Part shown: piece by piece, positions 1 to 13,241 of the stretch | How the letters are laid out: the number at the start of each line of letters is the position of its first letter | Numbering within the stretch: the first letter of the stretch is position 1 | NCBI RefSeq assembly: GCF_022045235.1 | Contig: NW_027266275.1 | Location: forward strand, 68,386,001-68,450,000 | Length of the DNA: 64,000 bases | Reading direction: 5' to 3' | Source: Haliotis cracherodii | Lineage: Eukaryota | The notes under the pieces: generated by a model | Told to the model about the DNA's origin: nothing | Seen by the model: only the letters and a program-made list of their open reading frames with translations | The model's database searches: none | Made by a program: the position numbers and the translations under genes

Positions 1-128
1 AGAGACAGAAGATACATTCGCAGGCCATGATGAAGTAGTCCCCAACAGTCACATAACGGATCAGTTTCACAGTTCGGAAAGTCCACGATGGGATAGCGCC
101 TCCCGTGGCAGGGAACTCGACCAGAAGT
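1..128 (-). CDS. PKD2: PKD2 coding exon 6 (partial)
   Basis: Acceptor tctcccttag at 129-130; (R)[42 protein letters not shown]. Confidence 0.93.
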
Positions 129-3100
129 CTAAGGGAGACAACTCAAAATTTACATCTGTCATACAACAGAAACAGTCACAGATGTAGAAGGATGTGAAAA
201 GGAATTTGAAATTAATTTATGCCAAATAATCCTCAAAATCATGATGACCATAAGTCTAACTGGTTACCATGGTTACAAATAAAATATTCATCATGTTCAC
301 ATCATCATGATCATAATTGATAAAGGAAAATATCTTACATACAACATACATGTATATACATACCTGACAACACAGAAGAGGTTGATATTTGCGTTATAGA
401 CCGTGAAGTCTATAAACACCGCTCTTGTCCCACGCGTTATCCATAACGAATTGAACAAGTCGTCTATTATTTTCTGCGACTCATTCATGCTGGCCCGGAG
501 ATCCTGAACATACCCTGCTCCGGAGTACGTGGTCAGCAACCCCCAATGTGACGAACCTTCTAGTTCCGATTCCGTTTTATACTTCCACCTACAACAAGGA
601 ACAGAAAGTAAAACATACATCATAAATACAGACACAGAACCCCCAATGGCGACTGTGGTGCCATGTTTCAGATGATGGATTGTTGTCTAAGATCAGAAGA
701 GACGACAGCTTGTTTATTATATGTGAAATCGTCCTCACACCTGACAGAATGTCGAACATGTATCTTACATCAGAATGTCAAACATGCTTTAAACAATTAG
801 TAACATGTGGTTGATCATCGTCAATACTTTACAAGTTTTGCATACACTAAGTCCTTCCATCACCTTTGAATTCATAGGACTGTTTTGAGGTACAGTCACT
901 ATTTTTAACCAACAATTGAAGTGAGCAGTCAGATTACGTCACACAAATGTGACAATATGTGCCATAGCCTTGCAATCATCTGCCCTACCACAGGACCATG
1001 TAACTAATAATAATAACAAACTCGCAGACGTGGATGAAACAAACTCGAAGCCTTTGGCTTCATATGCTACATGGTCCTGTGGCTCTACATACTGTTTCAA
1101 TGTCAGGTGAGGTGAAATTGGGTATAACGTTGTGTCCAAGATTATTCCACTTATATAGCAACGTGTGGCTGCTTGTACTAGTCCGGACTGATGCCAATTT
1201 CTAGAGCTAGCTCACTGAGACCATGTGGTTTAACATGGATATCCCACTCAGACACAGTATACTGACTCCGAGCCAACCAGTCGTTATTTTTGGCCCCTTA
1301 ATGCGCCAGACAGGGTAACAACAAGTACCATCTTTTAACGTCTTTTTGTATGGCACGTCCGGGGATTGAACCTCGGACCTTCCGCTCTCCGGGCAGACGC
1401 ACCACCACTAAACCACGGCGACAGTCTTCAATGTCAGGTAAAGGTAAGGTTTGCAAAGAGTCAATGCACTGAGTTGTTCTTATTTGACTTCTGTGAGTTA
1501 TAAATGGCCTCACACATTTGTCAGCAGATTAAGAAGAAACACACATTGGTACTAAACCAGTCACAGCTGCTTTATGTGATGGAGGAAGATAGGGCATGTA
1601 TACAAACCCGTGAAGTATTAGCAATGGTGGCTGATTGTCCAACATGTGACAGAAACAGACAATATTAACCCCTACCATGTATATTAACTCTAGACATGCC
1701 ACAGAAAATGGGCATTGTTAATGATCAAATTTAACATGGTTAGAAACACATTATGGCATATGGAAGTTCTATGTGTTGCCATATAAAGTTGGATCAATAG
1801 GACAAGTAGCTTGATCTTTTGAATTATTAATACCACACATTCCATCCGTAGAGTATTAGCTCCAGTAAAAACCAGGCTGATCTGGCTAGAGTTATTGTGA
1901 ACCAGGTTTTTCGTTATTTATAAGCAGTCACATACATTCCCAGACAGTCTCACACTCACACTCTGAATTATTAATACCACACATTCCATCCGTAAAGTAT
2001 TAGCTCCAGTAAAAACCAGGCTGATCTGGCTAGAGTTATTGTGAACCAGGTTTTTCGTTATTTATAAGCAGTCACATACATTCCCAGACAGTCTCACACT
2101 CACACTCTGACATTAGCATGGCTAGACAGTCACAAAGTCACAATAAATAAGTCGCGAGTCCCTATCAACCTATGCTTGCCCTACGACTTAATGGATCAGG
2201 TGGCACGGTGACTTGATTGATAGTCTTTAAACATACCCCAAAAATTTTGATTACTGGAAAATCACTTGATTATCTGTCCCGGACTTGAACATTTACAGGC
2301 CATTGTTATATAACTGGAATATTTTCCGAGTGTGGTGAAAAAACAACAAATAATCATAGTCACAATCACCAACATATTCCCAGTTGACACAAACAAAATA
2401 TTCACTAACGTTCTAACATCAACTTAAGTTCCAGTGCCCACTTGCTCAAAGCAATCTTAGCGCTAAGGTGATCGTAACTCCCATACTTTAACATAGGCTA
2501 AGACCACTTTGTGCAAGTGGGCCAAGGCCTACACCTGTCTGAAATGATAAGTATAAATACATACGCAGTGTAGTTGGCAATTTCACTATTGGGATCATAG
2601 TTCCCAAAGGTGTGGGTGTCCTCGATGCTGGTGGAGTAGGAGTCATAGCATTCCTTGATAACATCAGTGAAGTCGTCGTGGACGATGCAGGAGTTGCTGT
2701 GGACCTTCAGGTGTCGGAGTCGGGGCATGCCTAGTAACTTATTTTCGTAGTATATATAACCCAGCTGTTGCTCTGGGACGGCTTCCTTGTTGTACCAGGT
2801 TTCCCAGTAGAGGCCACGGAGCATGGGGCCCTTGGCGAACTATTAAGGAAAAAGCCTTTCTTACAAAAACAAAACACTTTACCGTGAGAGAGATAAAACT
2901 AACTCAGTAGAATGGGCGTACAGTGAGGTATGTCTAACTCAGAGATAAGTCCTTGAATAATGTCTTTATCCGTTTGGGAGCGAGTATGGTTTTAAGACCT
3001 TTTTAGCAATATTCCAGCAATATCACGACGGGGGACACCAGAAATGGGCTTCACCTATTGTACCAACGCCGGGAATCGCACCTGACACTTCGGCATGACG

Positions 3101-6100
3101 AGCGAACACTTTATCCACTCGGCTACAATGCCGCCTCTTATCCATTTGGCAATAACAGAGTGAAAACATTACACCACAAAACAAACAAAGATTTCGGACC
3201 ATAAAGTTAAACACTCACAATATATTGCAATGCGTATCATAATACAGATACCTGTATTTAATGTATTGCAATACAAATTGTTTGCCATACACAGCCCTAA
3301 AGCACAACCATGGGCACTGGTGTATAATACTAAAACATCACCGGTACCCAACACCCCTATCCCAGACTTGTACTTACCCTCCAGAAGTCATCAACACTGG
3401 TGATTCCCCGGAAGGTTCCTGCGAGTGAGTTAGGGGTGTCCAGGAACAGATCGCTCATTACCTTGGTGTAGTAGTACATGGTGGTGCTTGTCATGCCAAA
3501 TGTAACTGGGAAAAGCAACAAATTGCAGTGACCATGGTTACAATTTCTATCACAACAATACAAAATAGGCATATCATATTCCTGTAACTCTTATACACTG
3601 TATCAAGTACATTCAATAACCAAAATTTACACACTTGATTAAAACCACTTGAAAAATAACAATAACATGTTGAATGAAAGCAATGCTACAAGAATATCTC
3701 ATGCATTAAGCTTTTGATCATTTACTCTGAAACCATATCAGTTTGGCAAATAATCTCAAGCATTTTCTGTTTAGTTCACAAAATCCTACCAGAAATTGGG
3801 TTTGATAATGTAAAGACCCCACTGACAGTAATTTGCCACACCATACCATCAGTCAAGATGACCTTCCGGAAGCTAGACAGCACTACATGTGACAGTGTGC
3901 AACAGCTGCTACTTACTGACACAGATGATGACAAGGAACACGATGTAGATGATCAACTCTCTCAGGGTGGTCTTCACATACAGCTCCCTGTTTGACTTGG
4001 TCTCCTCGGTGTGCCTTGTGGCCCATAGTGCTAGAAGAATGCAACACCAAGTCTTACCAACAGCATCAAAGTGCTACATTTAAATATACATGAAAATAAA
4101 TCACAAGATCAGCAGTGCTAAACTAAACAAAACACCTTAGACAAGATATGATCTTGGCCATGCTGTACTATGATACTGATAGTTTGATGAACATTTTATT
4201 TTATTAATATCTAAAATGACAATTTGTTTCACTAATGACGAGTAGCATTAAAGATTGAACTACAGGGTTCAAGATAACTTTTGGAACCACTGAGCATTTA
4301 TTCCCATGTTATCTTTCACTTTCATTATTGATAGCCTTCTTTGTGTGTTCAATATATTTCATATATCATGGTCTATTGGGCATGAGTGACCCTTTATCAA
4401 AAATAATTCTACTTAAATTAAAACACTGTTTCAGGTGACTTCTAATTTGCACCTGTCATTGTTATGTCCCAAGTGTCACATATGGCATAAGCTCACAACA
4501 GCCAGATAAGAGAGACAGCACTTCTTTGCAATATCCTTTGTTGGTTTATTTGTTGTTTAACACTGTACTCAGCAATATTCCAGCTATATCATGTATATGA
4601 TGGCAGTCTGTAAATAATTGAGCCTGGACCAGATAATCCAGTGATTGGCATACATAATTGCAGCAACAGAAACTAACATTCTTAATCCACTAGTCCTTAT
4701 AATGATAAAATATAGAAAAAAAATAAAATTGGCCAATTTCTACCATGTCTACTCGTCCTTATGATACATTAACTATTGGGCAGTTTGGCAAGGACGAAAG
4801 GACTAGTGCTTATTTCTAACGCTGAATTGGAATACAAAAGTCAGCAAGCCTGACCACCCGATCCCATTAGTTGCCTTTACAGCAAGCATAGGTTGCCGAA
4901 AACCAGTCTACCCTGGTTCTTCACGGGTCCTGCAATATTCTCTCCAGTAGAGTTTACGTATATATGTGAGGCCTGCATTGGACCAGTACATAAATATCTG
5001 TAAACACATGCATGTACGCAAGCTGAAAGGTTGCATTGTAAAATTAATTATGCAGTATCGTTTTACTATTTATTTTGTTTGTTTTTCAATTTCCTGCATA
5101 TTTGTATACAAGCAACATTATCATGCTTATTTGGGAATGGTGATATATTGTGCATAATTACGCATATACACAGCTTATCTGGAGCTCTGGTGAAGCCTTA
5201 TTTTATATCGTAAGTCAGTGTTCACAAGTTGTTCCCAGTGAACATCATCAAAGAATGAAATCCAGAATACTTTACAGTGATAGAAACTAACAGTTTTAGT
5301 CCACTAGTCCTTATGATGATGACATACAGCCAAACCCTAAAAGGGCAAATTTCTACTGGTCCTTATGATACCTGAACTATTGGGCCGTTTGGCAAGGATG
5401 TAGGGACCAGTGCCAATTTCTTATGCTGTTTATAATGCCTAACAGGCATTATCCTATGAACATCGAGTGCCATATATAAAGTTAGTACCTGTAATTTAGA
5501 TACCAGAGGTAATCATGGAAACACACATTTCAACTTCTGAGTCCCAAGGGTAGGGACCAGTGCCAATTTCTAACGCTGTTTATAATGCCTAACAGGGATT
5601 ATCCTATGAACATCAAGTGCCATATAAAAAGTTAGAACCTGTAATTTAGATACCAGAGGTAATCATGGTAACACACATTTCAACTTCTGAGTCCCCAGGT
5701 TCCTTTTGATTTTACATACTGTGCATTACACATGTTACCATGGTTACATGCCTTCAAATGGTCATCATATCCCATGCAAATGTCAAGAACAGAGGTTCAA
5801 AAAGTACAATTACACTTACTTCATATGATCATAATTAATAAGCAGCATCACACTGGTTTTGTGTGCTCTTCACTGCTTCAGGCACTGAGCATGCTGAGAA
5901 CTAATTTTACTGTGCCATTCAATCTTAAATGACCATTCCATTATACAAAGAATTTGTTACCCATGTTAACCGTGTTTTTGGTAACCTGCACATTCCATCA
6001 GCCATGCATGGTAAGCGTATATATCCTTTTTTACTTAGATTTACGTCACTGCACACAATATGCTGTATGCTATGTTAAAACAATCCAAGTTTCAGAAAAT

Positions 6101-7531
6101 AAGAATTTTTAAAAAATCATGTTTGCACAGTATAATGATTTTTTGCCCAATTTGCCTGCAAAGGGTACTTAGTTTGAAAAACTATTAATACACGTATGTC
6201 TGCATATATTTTTTTTAACAATGGTATTCATGTTCCTATGCATTGTTTGATAAAAGTAAATCTAGGAAAATGTTGCATTCTGAAGACTGCTAAATAAAAT
6301 TATAACTAATCCATTTATTACCATGGACCATGATATACACCAAGTTTTCTATTCATCATTGTTTATGGGAACCAGTATATTGTGTATACAATAACAAAAG
6401 AAACATTAACCCTTCATCATATTCATTTACAATCATTACAGCTGTACCCTCAAGCGCCTCAGTTTCGTCTTTGCATTATGGAGACAAAGTCAATCCTGCT
6501 ACAAGTTGTCATGGCACCAAAATTGATTTTGTTATGACATATTCTTCAAACAGCCATGACAATGTACCTAAGCTTCTTTCAAAGCTGGTATAGCAATGGA
6601 TCAACAAGACTACATGAGAACCAATATAGCCAATCAATAACATCCATTGCAAGCAGAATTTAACAAAAGCTGTTTATGCTCTGGAAAGAGTTTTCGCATA
6701 GATAATCAATATCGTGTCCATGGTACCATCACAACAACAGGATTGGGTTACATTATGAAGTTGTAGAACCGGTCCCAGGCATCAAATATTAATTCCCTGG
6801 GAATAGCAGTCAGAGATGAACATGACGAACATATCCGAAAGAAACACCAGGAACCAGACATCTTGAAAGGACAATCTGAACCCATGTTATTCGTGATTAT
6901 GATAAAATAATATTTTATTTACTGAAACCTTAAATTCATCAGATACATGCAACAAACATGCCCATAAGCATGATAAGCATATAAGATTAAGGAAGATTAA
7001 TAATACATAGAGCCTTATTTCGCATGAAATGTTCTTCCTCACTTAACCAGCAAAACAATTTGTTTGCAGTTTTGGAGTTAAAATGCTATGACAGGTCTGA
7101 ACAAATATGATTGCAGGCAAAAATATTTATTGTAAATTTGTTGTCACACATGTCAACTCCTTCAAAACATTTCAGTCAGATTGTCGTCCAAAATGTCCTA
7201 GAGATATTTTTCAAATTTGGTAAAGACAGAAGAATGTCATATCAAAGTTCATGAAATCATTAATACCAACTGTCTCTAACAAAATCAGAGTACCATGTTT
7301 TGACAGATAGATTTACTTACATCTTAGACCACGGACGAAGGTTCCCATGCACCCAGTGTTCTGGGGCGTGCTCTTGGTCCTGACGGCGGGCACATTTCCT
7401 CGGCGGTCCTGGTCCATGTAAACTTGATCAGGGAGGTCGGGGTCATCCCGAATATCTGGCCCATACCCCTCCATGCCCTCATCGCCCCACGCCGTGCGGG
7501 ACTGGCTGCTCGACGGCCGATTCCTTGACAT
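1..7531 (-). CDS. PKD2: Polycystin-2 (PKD2/TRPP2) channel gene, 5' portion, six coding exons; continues beyond position 1
   Basis: Join 7531-7321, 4030-3917, 3505-3378, 2839-2565, 588-364, 128-<1. All introns GT-AG and phases consistent (1,1,0,2,2). Spliced protein contains [105 protein letters not shown], all hallmark TRPP2 motifs. Could be the single invertebrate co-orthologue of PKD2/PKD2L1/PKD2L2. Confidence 0.95.
364..588 (-). CDS. PKD2: PKD2 coding exon 5
   Basis: ttgttgtag|G...AG|gtatgt; 225 nt; [16 protein letters not shown]...[10 protein letters not shown]. Confidence 0.95.
1106..1426 (-). mobile_element. tRNA-derived SINE family D (Meta/MESC-domain-like)
   Basis: A/B-box tRNA head, (CACCT)n tail, TSD ttcaatgtca (1096-1105/1427-1436); homologous to 23614-23961 and 43385-43742. 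Confidence 0.85.
1820..2109. repeat. Two-copy 144-bp tandem duplication
   Basis: tgaattattaataccacac...cacactc repeated almost identically at 1820 and 1964. Confidence 0.9.
2436..2522. mobile_element. Small palindromic MITE
   Basis: TIR gcccacttgctcaaag / ctttgtgcaagtgggc. Confidence 0.55.
2565..2839 (-). CDS. PKD2: PKD2 coding exon 4 (TOP domain)
   Basis: ccttaatag|TTC...GC|gtatgt; 275 nt; [17 protein letters not shown]...[16 protein letters not shown]...ECYDSYS. Confidence 0.93.
2978..3137 (-). mobile_element. tRNA-derived SINE family A
   Basis: Homologous to 30194-30375; TSD ttatcc(g/a)tttgg. Confidence 0.85.
3378..3505 (-). CDS. PKD2: PKD2 coding exon 3
   Basis: ttttcccag|TT...AGG|gtaagt; 128 nt; [24 protein letters not shown]...DDFWR. 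Confidence 0.93.
3917..4030 (-). CDS. PKD2: PKD2 coding exon 2 (start of TM1)
   Basis: ttcttctag|CA...A|gtaagt; 114 nt; [37 protein letters not shown]; missed by the ORF track. Confidence 0.93.
4537..4930 (-). mobile_element. SINE family B interrupted by a MITE
   Basis: Homologous to 14989-15250; flanked by tgcaatat; MITE inserted at 4661-4824. Confidence 0.75.
4661..4824. mobile_element. Non-autonomous TIR element (CAG...CTG MITE family E)
   Basis: Ends cagcaacagaaac / tttctaacgctg, flanked by aattg on both sides; relatives at about 5275-5428, 58970-59126, 63354-63512. Confidence 0.65.
5400..5697. repeat. Two-copy 150-bp tandem duplication
   Basis: gtagggaccagtgccaatttc...ttctgagtccc at 5400 and 5550. 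Confidence 0.85.
7321..7531 (-). CDS. PKD2: PKD2 coding exon 1
   Basis: ATG at 7531; [15 protein letters not shown]...TFVRGLR, donor T|gtaagt in phase 1, matching exon 2 (GLR-S-LW junction as in TRPP2). Confidence 0.88.
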
Positions 7532-7750
7532 CACACTATCACGAATTTAGAAGCACGTAAAGTTTCACAAAAGGTGAACAGATTCTATATGGACGGAGTT
7601 TGACAAGGGGGGACGATATGTCCCAAATTTAGCGAGTACCACTCAGAAGCTTGTGGTCGACGCGCCTGCAAGGTGGAGACTGAGAAGATGCGCGAATATC
7701 AGCTACCGATGCTGTTTGACAGATCGATAAAAGTTTTAGGCTCACAACTT

Positions 7751-7810
7751 TCTCAGCAACATGGCGGAAATTGCATGACGTCATACGACAACAACGCGTT
7801 GATTGGACAA
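7751..7810 (-). promoter_or_regulatory. Putative PKD2 proximal promoter
   Basis: CpG-rich segment about 230-280 bp upstream of the ATG with CRE TGACGTCA (7776-7783), YY1-like AACATGGCGG (7758-7767), CCAAT box on minus (7801-7806) and RFX half-site GTTGCT on minus (7755-7760). Confidence 0.5.
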
Positions 7811-8860
7811 GAGCTCTACAGTGCTCGTCCTGAAACGTTCGATTGATTTCATTTCCCATCCAGCTAAAACCAGATAGACTGGGCCTACTCAGGTAGCAAT
7901 AGGCTCAGAAACACATACGATGTTATAAAACAGGAACAATGAACGTTTCTGTCGCAAAAGCTTGCAATACAATGAAGAACTTAATGCGTAGTTGGAAGAT
8001 TTCGAACCGGTTTAAGAATACAGTGCCGTACGTACTACCACTCCTCGGACAGTTTAGTTCCACACAAACCGGTTTCAAAATAAATTTTTCGACAACACAC
8101 AAACACACCTAGATTCTATGTTAAAATACGGGGGAAAAAATCTGAAATCTGACATCATATTTTAGATGTTTTTCTTCAAAAATACATGAAAATACATGAA
8201 GTCATCTATCGCATTTATCCGAGTCAATTACAAAAAAAGTTTGGTCCGAAACATTAAAACTCCTCCACACAAACAAAATCTCTGCACTTGTATACAGCAG
8301 ACGTAAAATTAACATATCGTGTTTATAAGTTTCAACAAAAAGTACACAATCGCGTCACTAGATTTTCTGGTACACCGATCATGCACTTGATTGCCTGGTT
8401 TGATTACAGGCCGCACTCGCAAGGCAGAATACTGCTGTGCGGAGTGTGGAAAAAAATACTTACATTTTGTATGCAAAGTGTATGAATGGCGGTGCTACAG
8501 GTAGGGCAGGACATGCTTACCCTTTTCGCGAACATCGTATCATCACAGATTTTCACTGTCCATTCATATTATTTTCCATTCTATTTTGCCCTTTCTACCA
8601 AAATTTAATCCGGTTAGAGATATATTATCTAGACTGGTTATATTCTCTTGTATTGACGATTTATTTTTATAATTATATGTTGTTGAACGTTTTCGCATTC
8701 GGGCTGGGACGAGAATCACACATTCGGTTAAAATCCTCCATATTTTAACTAATTAGCATCACTTTTTTAACAACTTTGTCTTCTTTGTCATTGACAGAGA
8801 CTTAACTGAATTGAATAGTGGACCTAATGGTATTTATAACGTAGTACTTAAACCCAACGT

Positions 8861-8891
<31 letters not shown>

Positions 8892-9069
8892 TAATAATTA
8901 TATAACGCGCTAAATTCCATTGATTCAATGGAAGATAAAATGTCCCTCCACTTACTCTCTGTGAGTGCAAATACTCAGCAAAACTAAGGGTCGCCTGCCT
9001 ATTTTCACATTCCGCGATACACACACACACAGGATTCACGGGGTTGACTGTTGTTATATATTTCAGTCA

Positions 9070-9370
9070 TGTACAGGGATTCTTGGGTTCTGGGGTAGAA
9101 TATAGCAGCCAATGCCTGGACGAGGCGACTAAATCGGGTACTCACTCAGTCACTCAATCGGTGACTTGGTTTATTGCGTGGGACGTGGCTCATACTATCA
9201 ATCACTGGTTTATTTGGTCCAGACTCGAGTATGTACAGGTCGACGCCACATAACTTGAATATTGCTGAATGAGACGTTAAACAACAAACAAACAAACATT
9301 TTTCGATGTGAGTGAGTCTGGTTTTACTCCGCTTTTAGCAATATTCCAGCAATATCACGGCGGGGGTCCC
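9070..9370. mobile_element. Degraded SINE B (+) followed tail-to-tail by truncated SINE A (-)
   Basis: ggtccagactcg...cgttaaacaacaaac tail ending about 9297; gtgagtgag...ttttagcaatattccagcaatatcacgg at 9308-9370. Confidence 0.65.
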
Positions 9371-9714
9371 CGGGGGACCCCGGTACCGCTACCGGATACG
9401 TCAATGTGGCCAAATCTCTCTCTCAGTCGGACACTATAAGCGGATCGCTATAATACCCCCAACGAGAACGACGCCAATTGCCTTACACTGGGACCCCAGT
9501 GTGCTTTAGACTATTTTCTGACTGTTATCTGACATGGAATGTTTAGCTGTTTATCGACATTCAATTTCCCATTTGTCAGACCCGCAGAAACCAGAAATGG
9601 TCAAATCAAATACATACAGTTGAAGCAACGTCAGAACGCAATGACTGTGCTGATTGGGCTGTACATGTCAGCGTAGCTCACCCTAACAGCTGGAATTATG
9701 AAGGCAAAAATCTA

Positions 9715-11155
9715 CCAACTCCGCTATATCTATTTATATATACCTATCTATCTACACCTGTCTGCCAGTCCATCCATCTGTCTGTTTTCCTTTCTACCGA
9801 CCTTTCTATCTATCTACAACTGTCCGTCCATCCATCTGTTTATTTGTTCGTCTTTCTACCGTCACACCTATCTACCTACAACTGTCTGTTTGTCTCTCCA
9901 CCATCACACATATCGACCTGCTACTGTCTGTTTGTCTCTCTACCGTCCCACCTACCTACCTACAACTATTCCATCTATCTACCTACAACTGTCTGTTTGT
10001 CTCTCTAACGTTCCACCCATCTACCTACAACTGTCTGTTTGTCTCTCTACCGTTTCACCCATCTACCTACAACTGTGTGTTTGTCTCTCTACCGTCACAC
10101 CTATCTACCTACAACTGTCTGTTTGTCTCTCTACCGTTCCACCCATCTACCTACAACTGTCTGTTTGTCTCTCTACCGTCACACCTATCTACCTACAACT
10201 GTCTGTTTGTCTCTCTACCGTTCCACCCATCTACCTACAACTGTCTGTTTGTCTCTCTACCGTCACACCTATCTACCTACAACTATTCCATCTATCTACC
10301 TACAACTGTCTGTTTGTCTCTCTACCGCCCCACCTATCTACCTACAACTGTCTGTTTGTCTCTCTACCGCCCCACCTACTTACCTACAACTGCCTGTTTG
10401 TCTCTCTACCGTCACACCCATCTACCTACAACTGTCTGTTCGTCTTTCTACCGTTCCACCTATCTACCTAAAACTGTCTGTTTGTCTCTCTACCGCCCCA
10501 CCTATCTACCTACAACTGTCTGTTTGTCTCTCTACCGTCCCACCTATCTACCTACAACTGTCTGTTTGTCTCTCTACCGTCCCACCTATCTACCTACAAC
10601 TGTCTGTTTGTCTCTCTATCGTCCCACCTATCTACCTACAACTGTCTGTTTGTCTCTCTACCGCCCCACCTATCTACCTACAACTGCCTGTTTGTCTCTC
10701 TACCGTCCCACATATCTACCTACAACTGTCTGTTTGTCTCTCTACCGTCACACCTATCTACTTACAACTCCCTGTTTGTCTCTCTACCGTCCCACCTATC
10801 TACTTACAACTGTCTGTTTGACTCTCTACCGTCCCACCTATCTACCTACAACTGTCTGTTTGTCTCTCTACCGTCACACCTATCTACCTACAACCGCCTG
10901 TTTGTCTCTCTACCGTTCCACCTATCTACCTACAACTGCCTGTTCGTCTTTCTACCGTTCCACCCATCTACCTACAACTGCCTGTTCGTCTTTCAACCGT
11001 TCCACCCATCTACCTACAACTGTCTGTTTGTCTCTCTACCGCCCCACCTATCTACCTACAACTGTCTGTTTGTCTCTCTACCGTCCCACCTATCGACCTA
11101 CAACTATTCCACCTATCTATCTATTTGTTCGTCTTTCTACCGTTCCACCTATCTT
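9715..11155. repeat. 42-bp minisatellite
   Basis: Unit ctgtctgtttgtctctctaccgtcccacctatctacctacaa, about 30 copies. Confidence 0.95.
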
Positions 11156-11349
11156 CCAATCTTTTGACTCGGGGACGAAGAAGTGTCTCACAAAGCTGTC
11201 TGATGACCAAGGATCGTGATAAAGCATGCCCGACCTGTAGGTTATATCAGACGGGGTCTTCCGACCCGGCCAATCGTAATCCTCAATGACTGACAAGGCC
11301 GTAGAGCGTTTTCATGGACTTTGCAGCACAATTAAATGTTCACACAACA

Positions 11350-11656
11350 CAATGTCTGTTTCGCAATGTGTATATGCGCGAGTCTGTGTATGTGAGTTTC
11401 GCTATGTACGTGTATATGTGCGTGTGTTTTGCTCTGTGTCTGTGTGTGTTTCGCTATGTACGCGCATATGTGCGTGTTTTGCTCTGTGTATGTGTGTGTG
11501 TCTCTGCGTGTTTCGCTATGTGTATATGTGTGTTTCAGTATGTGTATGTACGTGTGTCTGTATGTGTGTTTCGCTGTGTGTATATGTGTGTTTCACTCTG
11601 TGTATATGTGTGTGTCTCTGTGTGTGTTTTGCTATGTGTATCTGTGTGTGTCCGTT

Positions 11657-11716
<60 letters not shown>
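11350..11716. repeat. Compound (TG)-rich repeat plus (TC)n microsatellite
   Basis: Directly visible. Confidence 0.9.
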
Positions 11717-11719
<3 letters not shown>

Positions 11720-12279
11720 AAAAGTATAGAATAGTGTCGCATTATTAAATTGTAGTTAATATAGTGTTCGTGCCCAAATAAACTCCTACAACTTCACAGC
11801 ACACATTGTTTCGAAATGTACAGTCGGTGTATACATAAGATCTACACAATACCTTATTTTCAATTTGTTTTTGTTTTTTTGTCAAGAGGATATACTGATG
11901 TAGGCACACGTCCCGTTTATTTCATAATTCAATTCTATAATTTTAATATAATTTAACAATACATTTTGAAGTTTTTAACATATGTAAGATTTTCTTTTAC
12001 ACTGACAATATACATAGACTGTATTAGGACTCAACGACCACCGAACACTTTCAAAGAAATTTCTGTGCTCTCTAGTTTATAGTGTCTAAGACGTGCGATG
12101 TTTTAACAAGACAGCTCAACGTAAGAAGACTGCATAAAAACGACATTTCAAACAATACTCCACTCCAAGTATATTTCTTTAATTGTCTCCAAACTCCCAA
12201 CCAAGAAGGAAATCAATACACACCAAACCATAGGTAGTGCTTTAATTCTGTAAGTCTTTATCTCATTTTCTTTGAGATA

Positions 12280-12830
12280 TGTTTATTGGGCCGGTGCCAG
12301 ACTTGCCTGGGACACTGCGGCGTGACAAGGGGGGTCTTTGTGTGTCGTAGTATCGAGTTGCCGTATGGTTATTGATTGGAGGGCGTTACATGGTAACATG
12401 TATACTTGGTACAAACCGGTCAATAGGAGAGAGGTATTTTGTTGTAGGACATTTTGAATAACGATTGACTGGCTTGAGCTATATACATACACTTTTCTAA
12501 CACACATATCATCTTCAACTGCATTTGTATTATTCTACGTACCATAAAATTCTATGCTTAACGAAAAAATATGTTTAAGGTTTTTTTATTTCTATCAAAC
12601 ACGAGAACGCGCCAAAAAGTCAATTAGACAGGTCATTTGTGTAAAAAACAACAACCTGTACATGACAACACTACTATTAATGAAGGATAAGTTTCTCAAA
12701 TTGGCATGGCGAACAGTCCTGTCGCCAAAAAGCAGAATATATAATTTGTTTAAACCCTACTATGAGTTGGAAAAATATTTATTGCAGCACAAATATTCCG
12801 TACAAGCAACCACTTCTTACCGCTTGAAAC
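12280..12830. mobile_element. Decayed non-LTR retrotransposon 3' fragments in both orientations
   Basis: Minus 12280-12545 ends in a GC stem-loop plus AATAAA; plus frame 12690-12830 KSRIYNLFKPYYELEKYLL resembles the ORF2 C-terminus. Confidence 0.4.
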
Positions 12831-13241
12831 CGGAGGATGGTTATTAACTGCCGGATAGAAGAAAGTATGCACCCATGTTTGATGGTGGCTAAAAATGAAA
12901 AAAAAATGACTGTCATTTTTTATGCTCCCTTCTCCATCAAGACAAATGAACATGTCCACCTGTAGGTCATCCCACGGTGACCTCAGACTGTTGTCCGCAG
13001 CCGCATGGTGCTTGTTATTGGCATTGTTATATATGTCCAGCTGACAGCACGGATGACGTAATTGCACGTGTCTCCAGATGTCGTTGCATGAAGCCAACAA
13101 TGACTGTTACGGTTCATTACATCTTCATTATCATGTGACGTCATACGGTGTTCCTATCATGTCAAATGATTCTTGCATTTTGTTACAGGGGTTATTTTGG
13201 CCAAAATGCCAGATGCAAGAGGTTAATGAAGATAATATTTC

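Noticed and set aside
7761-7778. AACATGGCGG as the start of a divergent plus-strand gene
   Set aside because: The frame stops after five codons (ATG GCG GAA ATT GCA TGA) and no downstream exons were recognised.
9698-11219. Three long overlapping ORFs (257, 260, 380 aa)
   Set aside because: Produced by a 42-bp minisatellite that is nearly stop-free in all plus frames; 14-aa periodic translation, no splice or domain evidence.
11286-11734. Cys/Val-rich ORFs
   Set aside because: Translations of TG/TC microsatellite.
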